DNA from: Perkinsus chesapeaki ATCC PRA-425
Lineage: Eukaryota; Protista; Perkinsozoa
NCBI GenBank assembly: GCA_013115145.1
Contig: JAAPAO010000404.1
Coordinates: 1 to 32,356, forward strand
Length of the DNA: 32,356 bases
Direction of reading: 5' to 3'
Part shown: piece by piece, positions 21,419 through 32,356 of the stretch
Layout of the letters: every line of letters begins with the position of its first letter
Position numbering within the stretch: the first letter of the stretch is position 1
Translations under genes and position numbers: made by a program
Notes under the pieces: generated by a model
Told to the model about the DNA's origin: nothing
The model's database searches: none
What the model saw: only the letters and a program-made list of their open reading frames with translations

Positions 21419-24411
21419 ATGTCATCTCGATCGAGCACGGCGGCCAGCAGCGGTGGAGGCTCCAGCCGATCGGGGGAGAAGAGCACTTCTACTCACCGCA
21501 GTCGGCATCAAATCCGAGAGCGAAACAGGTCAGTCTGCTCTTTGAAACTTGCGTGCAGTTCTGTTGCTGTAGGGAGGTCGCCGCCCGTGCCAATGCCGAG
21601 CTACGGAATGAGAAGTTGAAGACGCTGGATAAAGATGCTCTTAACAAGCTGGGTATCCTCCGTAACATGAACATGATTCAAGCGGTAGGGCTGCTGCTGC
21701 TGAGGCTTCTTGCTGTTATCGAGTATTGACTGACTTTAGACTTTGGCGGTGGATTATCATTTCCATGTGGATACTCCTGTGCCGAATGCTGGTATGAAGG
21801 TGGCTCCAATGGAGGTGAGGCAGCTCCAATGAGGACGTGGGTTCAAGGATCATTCAAATAGGATTCTATAAACGGTCATATAAGTGTTTTTCGTACTAGT
21901 GCCATCAAATGTTAAACCTTTAAGGGATGCTTTCCCGTTTAGCTAGGTATTGGTAAACCTTCCTCGTCTTCCGATACAGTTCTCGACTTTTCGAACACGG
22001 CTTGGGTATAAGTGTCCAACTTGTGCACCATGCAGGTATCGACCCAAGAGCTGTCGAAGTTCCGTTATACCCCTCGGACGTTGGAGCCGATCTCGTCAAT
22101 AGTGGACGAGGCTAGGCTTGGGTTCATCGATCTCATCGACCCTACTATGTAACAAACTACTGTGGAGAGCCAACAGGGTCTCGCACAGGTATGCCGCATG
22201 CAAGCCTCTGTCGGGGTCGGAGCGGGCGCAGTTGGACCCCGAGGATCTTGCATTGCTCTCCTCGAAGCCTCCAGAGGGTATCTCAGCGAACCCCCTAGCT
22301 ACCAATCCTCCAGGTTAGTTGGAGGAGTTGGTATGAACGCGACACGTATTTCAGATATGCCGAACGTTAAGCTACCAGCTGGGAAGATACCTGAGGACGA
22401 GGCTCCGGCACAGGAGACAAGCCCAGGTGAGACAGTCTTACCCCAGAATCTGCTTTTTCTATCAAATTCGCTGCTTAGCTGCGAGTGCTGTCTACACTGC
22501 TCACTTCCTAAGACGTCCCAAGATCATGGCCAATGATATCTTCCTGGATACCGACAATAGGGTGACAGAAGTACTTAAGAAACAGAAGGAACAAAAGAAG
22601 AAGGCTGATAAAATAGAGGGTAGTTGATGCTGCCGCCATGGGTGATGGGCAAAACCGCCACCATGTTGTTCCTGTTCCGACTTCACACCCTAGAATTCAC
22701 CCGCGGCCAGTTGCAGTTCCAATCTGCAACTGTTTGCTGCTGCCTGTTCGCTGTTCCCGTGCATCCCGTCCAACTTCCTCCGTCGGTTTCGGAGAGGTTC
22801 TTGTCAGTCCCTACTGAGCATGAGGTTGTCGACATTGCCGAGAAATCATTCGAAGAGGCCAAGGAGGTGGACGCCGAGGTGATTTCGTATCTTCCTTTTC
22901 AACTCGCTTATTTCTATCATCAGTTCGCTAAAACACGTCTATTATACCACCCCACATTCAAGAGGAAGAAGCATGTGAAAAGAGTGTTGCCATTGTTGCC
23001 TAACACGCAGCTTTATCTCAATCACGACTACATACAAGTACGCCGCGCTCTCCAGAGAAAGAATCTAAATCGAGTCACCAGGTTAAGTTCGACGAGCCTC
23101 CAGAGAGCCTCATGCCCGGCCGAGGCACCCATCGGAGGCGGGCGAGCTCGATGGGCGGGGCAGCGGGCAGCGGTGGGGCGGCTCCGGAATGGACTGGAGC
23201 AGTGCTGAGGCGAGAAGGCAATAGAGAGAGCGACTCGGAGGACGAAGACGTCGAGTTTGGGTGTAAGCCGGTGGTTACTGCATGATTAAAGAGAAATGTG
23301 GTATGACCGCAGGCCCGCAATTTGGGTACTACCAGAAACCGGAGGCTGATGACGCTAGTGCCGCCACTACTGATGGTCTCCTACAGAAGGTGAGAATAGT
23401 CTTGTTATACTTGCATGGAGCGTTCTTGACTAGCCATCTACTGTAGTTGGTATAGGATTCTCAGCTGCGGGCTTAGGCTACCTGAGCTAGTATGGTGAAA
23501 TCAATGGTGTACCCTGCCAGACGAGTGAGGGACCCGAAAGAGTCACGCCTATTGAAAATATAACCTAATAAGATAACTAATGCTATTTCAAATGCATATG
23601 TTATATTGATATTAGCCTACTCTGCATTAATCATAGAGATTCAATATCGCTGAGCTTCAACTCGGGATGGCCTCAGGGACATGCTCTACCCTTCTCAGGG
23701 CCGATCATTCGTCTGGACTAATGAAGGCCAAATACGGCAGAAGGACGATGAGGATACTGAGGTGCGTTTGCGGTGGTGGCCACTGTCATTTCTCTCTTGT
23801 CTAGTTCCTCTTCCATGTGCCCTCTGGTAAGGACCAGCCAGCAGTGTACGGCCCGATAGGGCCAAAGATGCTGTTGAGGAAGAAACAGAGCTCCAGCTTC
23901 GGCGCCAATAAAAAGTGACACCAGCCGGTCGGACCAGAATTCATAATTGCTGTTGTTAGGAGGCAGTCTACTGTCCGAGTGGAGTCCGTACCAAGTCAGA
24001 CGCCCGAATCAGCTCCGACGGAAGATAAGAATCTGAGCGTGTGGTTTGAGCGGCCAATAACGGTGGAGGAGGTCCAGGTGAGATTGAGCTCAGAGGCAGC
24101 AGGCAGGTCAGCACGACCTCAGGCCTACGTGGCGAAGCCGAAGGAATCGACGGATGACGGGGAGACTGAGGGAGATGGCAAAAAGAGAAAATCTAGTGAG
24201 GTAATAAAATAAGGTCGATGAACTTTCGAAAGGCGAAAGCTTGCAGGGCTCCCCTACGGACAAGAAGCGCCGACGTAGTAGCAGGGAGGAGGATGAGGAG
24301 GAGGAGAGCTCATCTGAAGGGTCTGACAGCGAGGAGAGCTCCTCTGATGGCAGTAGTAGTAGTAGTAGTGGTGACGATACCAGCAGTAGTGATGGATCCG
24401 ACACCGACTGA
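21419..24411 (+). CDS. PAF1: RNA polymerase II-associated factor 1 (Paf1 complex subunit), many introns
   Basis: Spliced segments align by eye to Paf1: LGFIDLIDPTMY..LDPEDLALL (cf. LGxxIDLIxPxxY..LDPxDxxLL); HFLRRPKIM (cf. WMRKTEYI); DIAEKSFEEAK..VKRVLPLLPN..IQ|VKFD; GYYQKP; RSFVW..FLFHV..KMLLRKK..ERPITVEE. Ends in an acidic Ser/Asp/Glu tail with TGA at 24409-24411. Confidence 0.75.
24351..24370 (+). repeat. (AGT)n microsatellite encoding poly-Ser in the PAF1 tail
   Basis: Six tandem AGT units read directly. Confidence 0.7.
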
Positions 24412-24502
24412 TGAATGTACCTTTACTTTCAATAAGACCAGTTTGGGTTGTTATTCAGTGTGCGTCTCTGAGCATATTTGTTTCGAAGTTGTTGGGCCGA
24501 TA

Positions 24503-25853
24503 ATGTCTACAGCAGAGACTGTGTCAGCTGCTGTCCCGCCCACAGTGGAGGCTCTTAAGGTCCCTGACAATGATGTTAGCTTAACAGATGAACCAAGTCC
24601 TCCACCAACGAAGAGGGTCCGAGTGTCTACTGAGGAGGCTAAGACAGTACTCTATCCGAGTAGATGGAGACCAACCGGGATGCTGCTTCACTCAGGTATC
24701 AGAGGAAGAGCCTCTGGCGCCGACTCGACCGTCATCACCCATGAACGCAGCTGTGGATTTGCCAATCAAATTTGGTTCCACTTTGCCGGACGGCACACCA
24801 GTGTACATTGAAGCCACGGAAGGATGGTGTATGTGCGTGGTTCCTGGAAGGGATCATTGGACGTAGTGGTTGGGAGGCTCGGCCTTGGTATGTATTACTA
24901 AGTCCCGTACAGGTTCAATCCTAGCCTCGGCTCATATTTCAATGCCCGGACGCAGGAGCTCACTACCGAGTCTGTTGAATTAATGACACCTAATGAAGCT
25001 GTGCAACCATCTACGCCTCCTCAAATGGAGGCAAGTGAACCCCCTAACGAACCAATCAAAGGAAAGATTAAATTGTAATGTTTGGGACCACGTCACTCTG
25101 ACTACTATTGGATTGATCACCAGGACTGCTATATTCTAGTGGTCTGGGCAAGGTCGATGGACTGCTTCGTTTTAGCGCCCCAGTCCCCTTGTCGAGGGCT
25201 TAGTGGGATCCTGTTCAGGCAGTTGCATGGCACTAGTTTAGTTACTCGCCCAAGCGTCATTTCGGCTACATCACAGTAGATGCATCCTCCTCCTCTCCGG
25301 ACGCAGCAGCAGCAGATGAGGAGGAGGATGATGATGATGGATCGGCTGCTTATGAGGACGTCTATTTCAACCGAAGGGATGTTGCTGATGCTGTTGAGAT
25401 GTACCAGTGCCTACTGGGCCAACTGTGGCCTCACAACTGTTTCGATTTGCTCAGTGAAAGCCTCGCGGAAGGAGTTGCTGTTACGTTTGACATCACAGAA
25501 GACAATGGTCAATTCAATGCAGTTAATGTGAAGATAGAGGTGATACGGAGGGACCTGAGTGACATAAGACATTCTTGGTATATCGGCTGCTCTCGAAAGT
25601 TATGGTGCACTTTCAGCCTCCATTCGAAACGGTAACCGGGGAGTCGCCTGGCTCCAAGTCACTGGCGACCACCACTGGTGATGTGAGCATGGCTGCTGCC
25701 AGTAGCGATACGAAGGATAATGAAGAAGACGAAGAGACAGAAGAAGATGATGATGATATAGAGATCGATGTATGGCAGAACATACAGGCCCACTACGGCC
25801 AGAAACCAAACCCACAGAAAGGTACTGCACGGACTCTTGGAATCAGAGATTAG
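24503..25853 (+). CDS. Cold-shock-domain protein with an upstream aromatic (OCRE-like) segment and acidic tracts
   Basis: IKGKIKF|YSPKRHFGYI...EDVYFNRRDV..|ESLAEGVAVTFDITEDNGQFNAVNVKI follows the CSD pattern GxVKWF..KGFGFI..DVFVH..LxEGxxVxF..AxNV. Intron 25075-25241. Confidence 0.75.
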
Positions 25854-26150
25854 GCAGGCGAAAATAAAATCTGGGCAAGTATAGCGAGCTTCGAGCTAGC
25901 TAGTTTATCACTAGTCCTCTTTACTCGACTAACTCCGAGTCTTGCTTGCGCAGTGGCAGCCCGTCGACGAGCTAGTATTGACCAGTGTTGCGGCGTAGCG
26001 CCAGCGTAGTGTCACCAGCGGGGTTATGTGCAGTTCTGAGTTCGGCTTTTCATACCTCCGATTGAGTAATTGAAACTGCTTCTAGAAGCAAATTTCTATT
26101 TTAATCAAGAGCTTCTAGGCACTGTTCGTCAGTCAGAACTGATTGGCTCT

Positions 26151-27752
26151 ATGTCTTACACTGTCATGATCACTTTACGAAGTAGCTGGTATACGCCCTG
26201 ACCGTCGACATATCGACATTCTGTGGCTCTTAGGTGTGGCTCTATGTGAGGATAAGTACCTCGAGAAGAAGCGTCTTCCCGTTGCCTCCCTTCTACCAGA
26301 AGGAGCTGATGTGAGTTTGCTCCAGTATAGAAGCTATTCTATTTCTATACTCTCAGGAGACCTACGCCTGCGGTATCATAGGTGGGGTGCTGGATGGCCA
26401 TGGAGGGCAGTGCTGCGTAGAGTAGGGCTAGCCACAGGTCGATTCCGCGATAGAATGGGCTTTTGTCAGATACGTATCTCAGCATCTATTCCGCAATATC
26501 GCGGCGCAGCTCCAGAACACTCCGAGGCAGCGGAAGAAGGGCGGCCTGAATGAGACGAAAAAATTAGAGAAGTTCTTGGTGAGTGCAGCGAATCAGTGGC
26601 GCTTGGAAAGCCTGGATTCTTAGAGGAAAGGATTTGAGGTCACTGAGCATAACTTCACAAGTATCTTCGGGAAGAAACGGAAAGATACGAGCGGATGTAG
26701 GAAATGCCTTACTCGATAACCTATAGAGTGCGGTGTCAGGCACGGCATGCGTTGTAGTCTTCTATGGTCCCAATGTGGATGGGGAGCTTAATCTCATCAC
26801 GGCTCATTTAGGGGACACTCGAGCGGTAGGGTCGTCAGGTGGTATATGGTATCATTGTAGTGGGCGCCTGTAAGGTACTTTGTCGAAGTGGGCGGGCGGT
26901 TCAGCTTACTGAAGACCACAAGCCGGACAACAAGAAGGAAAGGCAAAGAATAGAGGCCCTCCCGAAGGGTAAGGCTGAACCAGAGGGCAGTTGATGAAAC
27001 TACTGTTAGGATTGGTGTGCCTAGTACAAGGCATTTGGCGAGTAGTGAAGGTAGACTTGCGCGGCGTACAGGGGCTAGCAGTCTCGAGAGCGTTCGGTGA
27101 TCAGCAGCTTAAGACACCGGAACCGTAGGCGACAGTAGAATGAGGGAATCGCCAGTACAGTACTGTTTGATAGATACGTCAGCGCTGAGCCAGAGATCGG
27201 TGTCACGCAGATTGACTTCGATCAAGACGAGTTCGTTGTTGTGGCCACTGATGGTATCTGGGATAAAATTGAGAACCAGGAGGTGAGTTGGACGGCACCA
27301 ATTGAGGAGGGACTGCTTGCTTGGTAGGCTGTGAATCACCTTCGGAAGTACCGGGGATTGGGCAAGTTGGATGAGGGCATCAAGGAGCTGATGGATATAG
27401 CGGAGAAGGTGGGGGCCATCAGTTCGGCAACACTGGAGATTCTTTGGTTCAGAGAGGTAGCGAGGACGACAAGACTGTTATGGTCTTCACAATGGACTGG
27501 CGACCCTCGCCCGAGCCGGCAGAGGAGGAATCTGAGGCCGATTCTGCAGAAGACTTGGAGCTGCCACCAATGACACAGGATGCTATACCGGCCATGACGC
27601 CGGACGAAGATGTGACTCCGGATGTCGACGTGAGGGTATCCCTACTAGGTCGATGGTATTGATGGTATTTTTGTTAGTCGCTGCCCAAGGAGACCCCATC
27701 AAACGCCGGTGGGCTCGATGATATAGACGACATAGATGATATGTTCGCTTAA
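26151..27752 (+). CDS. PP2C (PPM) protein phosphatase; start approximate
   Basis: CEDKY, VLDGHGG..YVSQHL, SGTAC..AHLGDTRA, LTEDHKPD..ERQRIE, LAVSRAFGD, SAEPEI, VATDGIWD, GSEDDKTV. Acidic tail ends at TAA 27750-27752. Confidence 0.92.
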
Positions 27753-27909
27753 CGTACAATGCACGATAATGACGGTTCCTGGCATCCAAGGTCCGTCACC
27801 CAAAACGATACCATTTCTCACACACGAGGGGTCGTGCTTTGAGTTGTTGCAGTGCGGCGCGACACGGTAACGTAACTCAGTGAAACAAGCTTGATTCGGC
27901 TACTCGGAT

Positions 27910-29674
27910 ATGACCTGTCCCTTGCCTAAGCGATCGAAGACGAATTCCGAGGTCAGATACCATCCTGTGCTGTATAAAAAGTTTAGCCGATTAGGTCCGA
28001 GGACGAGTCCTGGGGGCGGCCCATCCAGAACCAGACTCCCTTTGCGACTTAAATGCGATGATGGGGTCCGCGCACGATTATGTGGCAACCGAGAAGCAAT
28101 TCTCTCAGTGGGCCAGCGAACCACAGAATGTCTCGAAAATAGGAGAGATACGTCTTGTCGCGTCTGAGTTGAAAAACAGTCGACTTGTGTCGGCGCTGGG
28201 GTTGAAGCCTGTGAGTCGACCTGGTTGGCAAGTAGGACAATTCAAACAAGGTTTTCTTAGGTAGGAGAGAAGGCGGACGAAGTCAGCAGCGCCTTATGCC
28301 CGTCGTTCGTTGTGAATACAGGAATCGCTGTGAAGGAAACGGAAGCTGCTGGACGGGGTGTGGTTGCTACTAGAGACCTCGGAGCCGGTACGGTGTGCAG
28401 TCGGACTCATTAAGCTGATTAAGAATTATGAACTCAGGAACGCTAATACTGATGGGCCGGCCGCTGGTATCTGTTATGGACCAGAAGCTGCTGTCGGAAG
28501 GCCTTGGTGATACAGAGGCCGTGACTGCAGCTTTGACTGGGTGAGCTTCTGTCGGCCGATATACTGTCGCCGGAATAGTAAGTTATATTCTGCTATTTAG
28601 TAAATATCCATCCCTCGAAGAGCTGCCACCGGAAGTTAAGAATCTGCATCCTCTTTGCGACCTCCAAGATGCCTCCAAATGGCGAGAAGCATTGACTGAT
28701 GCCGCACGACTGAACTCTATGGGATTCTACACTTTCCCGGAGCTAGTAGGACCTTTGGTTTTTCTAGGGAAACTTCATCGAGTGTATTGCAGGTCAACTC
28801 CTATGAGGACCACAACCGGTATCTTACTGGCACTGCTGTTTACCCTGTTGCCTCAATGTTCAACCACTCATGCACACCGAACGTATCACGCGCCTCGCTA
28901 GGCGACCTCACCTGGTTCCGCACTACAACGAAGATTAAGTGCGGTGAGGATCTCACTATCTCGTAGTATTCAAACATTTTGCTACTAACACAAACGCTGA
29001 CTTATACAGACTTCCAGATATATCGGCACGGACTTGCTCTGTGAGCCGAAAGCCGTGCGACAAAAACACTTGGCAAGAGACTTTTGCTGCCAGTGTCCAG
29101 CGTGCCGTTCCGAGGGTGAAGACTCAACCGAAATCATGCAGTTTAGCTTACAAGACCGTCTCGAATTGAAGATGCTCGAACCGATCGAGCGACTTGACCA
29201 AACAGCGAAGTTGCTAGGTAGGTCCGAACGCACGCCCGGATTGTTGATACCAATTACCTGTCAGAATCTCAAGATGAAGGCCAGCGATTCCTTGCCAAAG
29301 ACTGCACGTATATCATGACCGAGCGGTGTCGAAGTTTTACGGACATCGGCGAGTATCAAGCCGCCGCTGACCAATGGGGTAGCGTACTTGCATTCTGTCA
29401 ACAGCATTTACCAGCCCGTGACCCATACTTGGCCGAAGTGGCGATGAACTACGTATTCAGTCAAATCCTGGTTATAGCAACAAGTGATGAGAAGCATGAG
29501 TCGGAGATTAAATGCCCCATAGATATTAGGAATTGCCTCGAGTTGGCCTTCGGACCGTTCAGTGCTATTAAACCATTTGTTATTGATGAAATCAGGTCGA
29601 TGGTATGCCCAGTCGTAGGTGATGATAACACTGATGACTGGGTACGGCAAATAATAGAGATAATAGAATCTTAG
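27910..29674 (+). CDS. SET-domain lysine methyltransferase, SMYD/Set5-like; start approximate
   Basis: GRGVVATRDLGAG; AVYPVASMFNHSCTPNV; GEDLTISY|IG; post-SET FCCQCPAC; helical TPR-like C-terminus. Confidence 0.88.
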
Positions 29675-29985
29675 AGTCTGTATTGTTCGAGTTGGGTCAA
29701 TCAGTTGACTCTGTTTACTAGCCACACAGCTCAGCTGTGACAGCTGGGTCCTTGGTGGATAGGCGAATACGGCCTGTATAGAACCTGAGAATAATCAGAG
29801 TGCAAGTTGTACTCTGAACTTGTCTTCTCGTCGAACGAGAAGCATCGGTACATTCCCGGCAGGAGTCCTGACGCAGGCTAGATATCAATCAAATCAAATC
29901 TACGAGTTCCGCAGAATCGCACGAACCTGCGAACGCTTGAAATATCGCTGCATTCGGGTTTGGTAAACCGCTAAGATTCCTCCGG

Positions 29986-30294
29986 TTGATACGGCAACAT
30001 ACACCAGACGTGTTGCCGACAATAAGAGAAGTACTCCGAAGTAGAACGCAAGATGCACCACGAGCCATGGCCTACGACATATCCACTCAAGTACTCTTCA
30101 TAGCAACAAGTGATGGCCACCACGAATCGAAGATTAAGTGCTCCATAAATATTATAACTCGCCTTGATTGGCCTTCGGACCATTCAATGCTACAAAGCCA
30201 CTCGGTATTGATTGGAGGGATGGTGTGCCCAGTCGTATGTGATGAATATACTGACGACTGGGTACGGCGAATGACGGGGATGATAGGACCGTAG
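29986..30294 (+). pseudogene. Degenerate partial duplicate of the SET gene 3' exon
   Basis: 30087-30300 aligns at DNA and protein level to 29461-29680 (IATSDGHHESKIKCSINI vs IATSDEKHESEIKCPIDI; MVCPVVCDEYTDDWVR vs MVCPVVGDDNTDDWVR), with 1-nt and 5-nt deletions. No SET core upstream of the copy. Confidence 0.75.
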
Positions 30295-30359
30295 AGTTTG
30301 TGTTAGCTCGTCTTAGTTCAGTGGTCGATGCGCACGGTAACGATTCACTGGAGTCTACC

Positions 30360-32356
30360 AAGTAGACTCTACTTTACAACGCAAACATGTGGACTCAACG
30401 ATTGGTAAAATGTCACATGGCGACAAGCATGTGGCAATCAACTCGTGCTATAATCGGATGGGTCGTTGTGAAGTGTTCTTGCCGCCTAAGAGTCTTCCTG
30501 GTAGAGAAGTGTCGTTATGTAGCCTCATCCTGCCCGGAGCTGCGTTCGAAGTTTTATGACGAAAGCCAGAGGAAGAACGCTCCCTAGCTGAGGGCTTCTT
30601 GGCTTGTCCTCGATTAGTATGACTGCGCGATCTCTGAGGACAACTCTGGTACTCTACACACCGAATTCGCCGGAGCGTTGAGAGTGATATCAGGGAAAAC
30701 TTACGAGTGTGCCGATAGCGGACCGCTTGGAGGCGGAGTCCTGCCTCGCGACGCTCCGATAAGTTGCGCCTGCGGGAGAAGTACGGGATGAAGGGGCACT
30801 CGAGAAAACTACCAGTGGTGTCGATGCGTGGTATTAACCCAGATGCTGCGTACTTCTCGAAATACGGAGAATGCACCAGGGCTTCTGCCTGAGGGAATAT
30901 TGCGCCATTAAAGCGCGTTCACTTTGAGTCTTACCTCTGCTTGCCTTCGAGAGCATTCCTCGGCAACGCTCGACAAGAACGCCTGCGTACTTTGTCCCGG
31001 TTGAGGCCCTTCATCGTACAAATGGTGATGATGGTGTATATGAAAATGATCAATAACAATGACCTGAACATCAACACGAGCAATCAACTCCAATATTGGG
31101 CCTCGTTAGCTACCTCCTTGGCTCTGTTGACAATACGAGATAACTTCGTCATCATTGGACGACCCGAGGACGACTTCTGGAATTACCAATTCGACAGCGA
31201 CTTCAGAATCTCTCTTACGATCGATTCTGCACTTCTCCTACTCTTTCGTTGAGTGCTGATCTGGGACGACGGAGACTTGAAGCTCCGTGAAGAATACTGA
31301 AGAAGGTTCATCTTATATTCAAGCACAAGGCTGAGCTGTGAGACAAGCTCACCTGCTTCGGTGGCTCCGTCACCAGACCAGGCGCCTCGGCACCAAGGGT
31401 CCTACTGCTGTCGCGCAACAAAGCGTATACAGACGTGGTCGAGGCGAGGGACGGAGAAATCGACTGCGTGGGGGTCGGGAAGGTAGTGCGTCTCTCCTAG
31501 TAGAACAACAAGCGTCAAGTTCATACTATCATGATGATGATTCAGTTGTTCCTGTTGGGCTTACTGAATCTGAAACAATCGTGGTTTGAGATTCTCGGCT
31601 TGATACACCTTCGTCCATGAAGCTCGGCTGCCCTGAAACCGAAAGAGTCTCTTGCCGGCGTGCGTCCAGGCCGGTTACCGTATGAAATAGCAAACCTCGC
31701 AACTTCATCTGCAAGTTCGTGAGCAAGAGCTTCAGTCAGCGATGCCTATGACAGCTCTGTCAAAGCCTAACTGAATGTCGGATAATTACCCTTGTTGGAG
31801 TAACTTCGCGTATTGACTCATCAGTGGCATGACTCATAGCGATTGAACACGAGTCACTACCGCTGTCGAATTCCAGTGATGTCGCCAGGACAGAGGCTAC
31901 CATGTCGTCAGCAACCGTGTTTATTAGGGATTCCTAGATTCTCAAGTTGATAATTTGACCAACTCACACTCGTCCTACTTCTTCCTGCATCATTCCGAGT
32001 GAATCTTGTGGAGGTGAAATGGATGCGGCCATTATTAAGTTCGTCGCATACTGCAGGCGAATCTCAATACCCTCCAGATGACCGCACTAGTAGTCCATAC
32101 AGTGCCTTGAGAACTCGACAGCGAAGCAAGGTAACAACACATGTTTGTCGTCATCATATATATACATTTCATGCGACTCGTCACAAACATTTCCGATTTT
32201 GTTCGCACTAAACCCTTTGATAAACCTTCTCAGCTAGATTGGGGAAGTAACGCTTCGAAAGCAGACATATCTTCACTCTCCAAAGCTTGCTCCATCTGGA
32301 CGATCTTCGAGCATCCCGATATCATAATGTTGACAAGCTCAACTTCAGACTTGCCG
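30360..32356 (-). CDS. Hypothetical multi-exon protein, 5' part outside the window; 3' end approximate
   Basis: Exon chain: GKSEVELVNIMISGC.., ESLINTVADDMVASVL..EVTPTR|, ERRTTFPTP..EPPKQ|MNLLQYSSRS..ILKSLSNW|, LVHSPYFEKYAASGLIPRIDTTGSFLECPFIPYF, with GT-AG introns. No family recognised. Confidence 0.5.

Noticed and set aside
23700-24411. Separate small acidic or Leo1-like gene
   Set aside because: Its blocks (RSFVW, FLFHV, KMLLRKK, ERPITVEE) fit the Paf1 C-terminal half in order, so it was merged into PAF1.
1-32356. CRISPR arrays, transposases, reverse transcriptases, rRNA, prophage or defence systems
   Set aside because: No regularly spaced direct repeats, terminal inverted repeats or diagnostic protein motifs were seen by eye; the window is intron-rich eukaryotic DNA.

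Overview
Gene-dense, intron-rich eukaryotic DNA with many 40-60 nt GT-AG introns and very short intergenic gaps. The style suggests a Perkinsus-like alveolate (inference, not proven). The ORF track fragments most genes, so exons were joined by hand. In order, the window holds: tRNA-Thr(UGU); a four-domain truncated haemoglobin with (AB)2 architecture; a PIH1-domain protein with a probable N-terminal extension; three minus-strand disordered-protein genes, two of them tandem paralogs; an 8.5 kb USP7-like gene (MATH-USP-UBL-UBL plus a C4HC3 finger) whose catalytic Cys is replaced by Asp; SPATA17-like; PAF1; a cold-shock-domain protein; PP2C; a SMYD-like SET protein followed by a degenerate copy of its 3' exon; and a partial hypothetical gene. 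No CRISPR array, rRNA or transposon was seen. The strongest lead is the pseudo-deubiquitinase fused to a PHD/RING-CH-like finger. All family assignments come from motif recognition by eye, not database searches.
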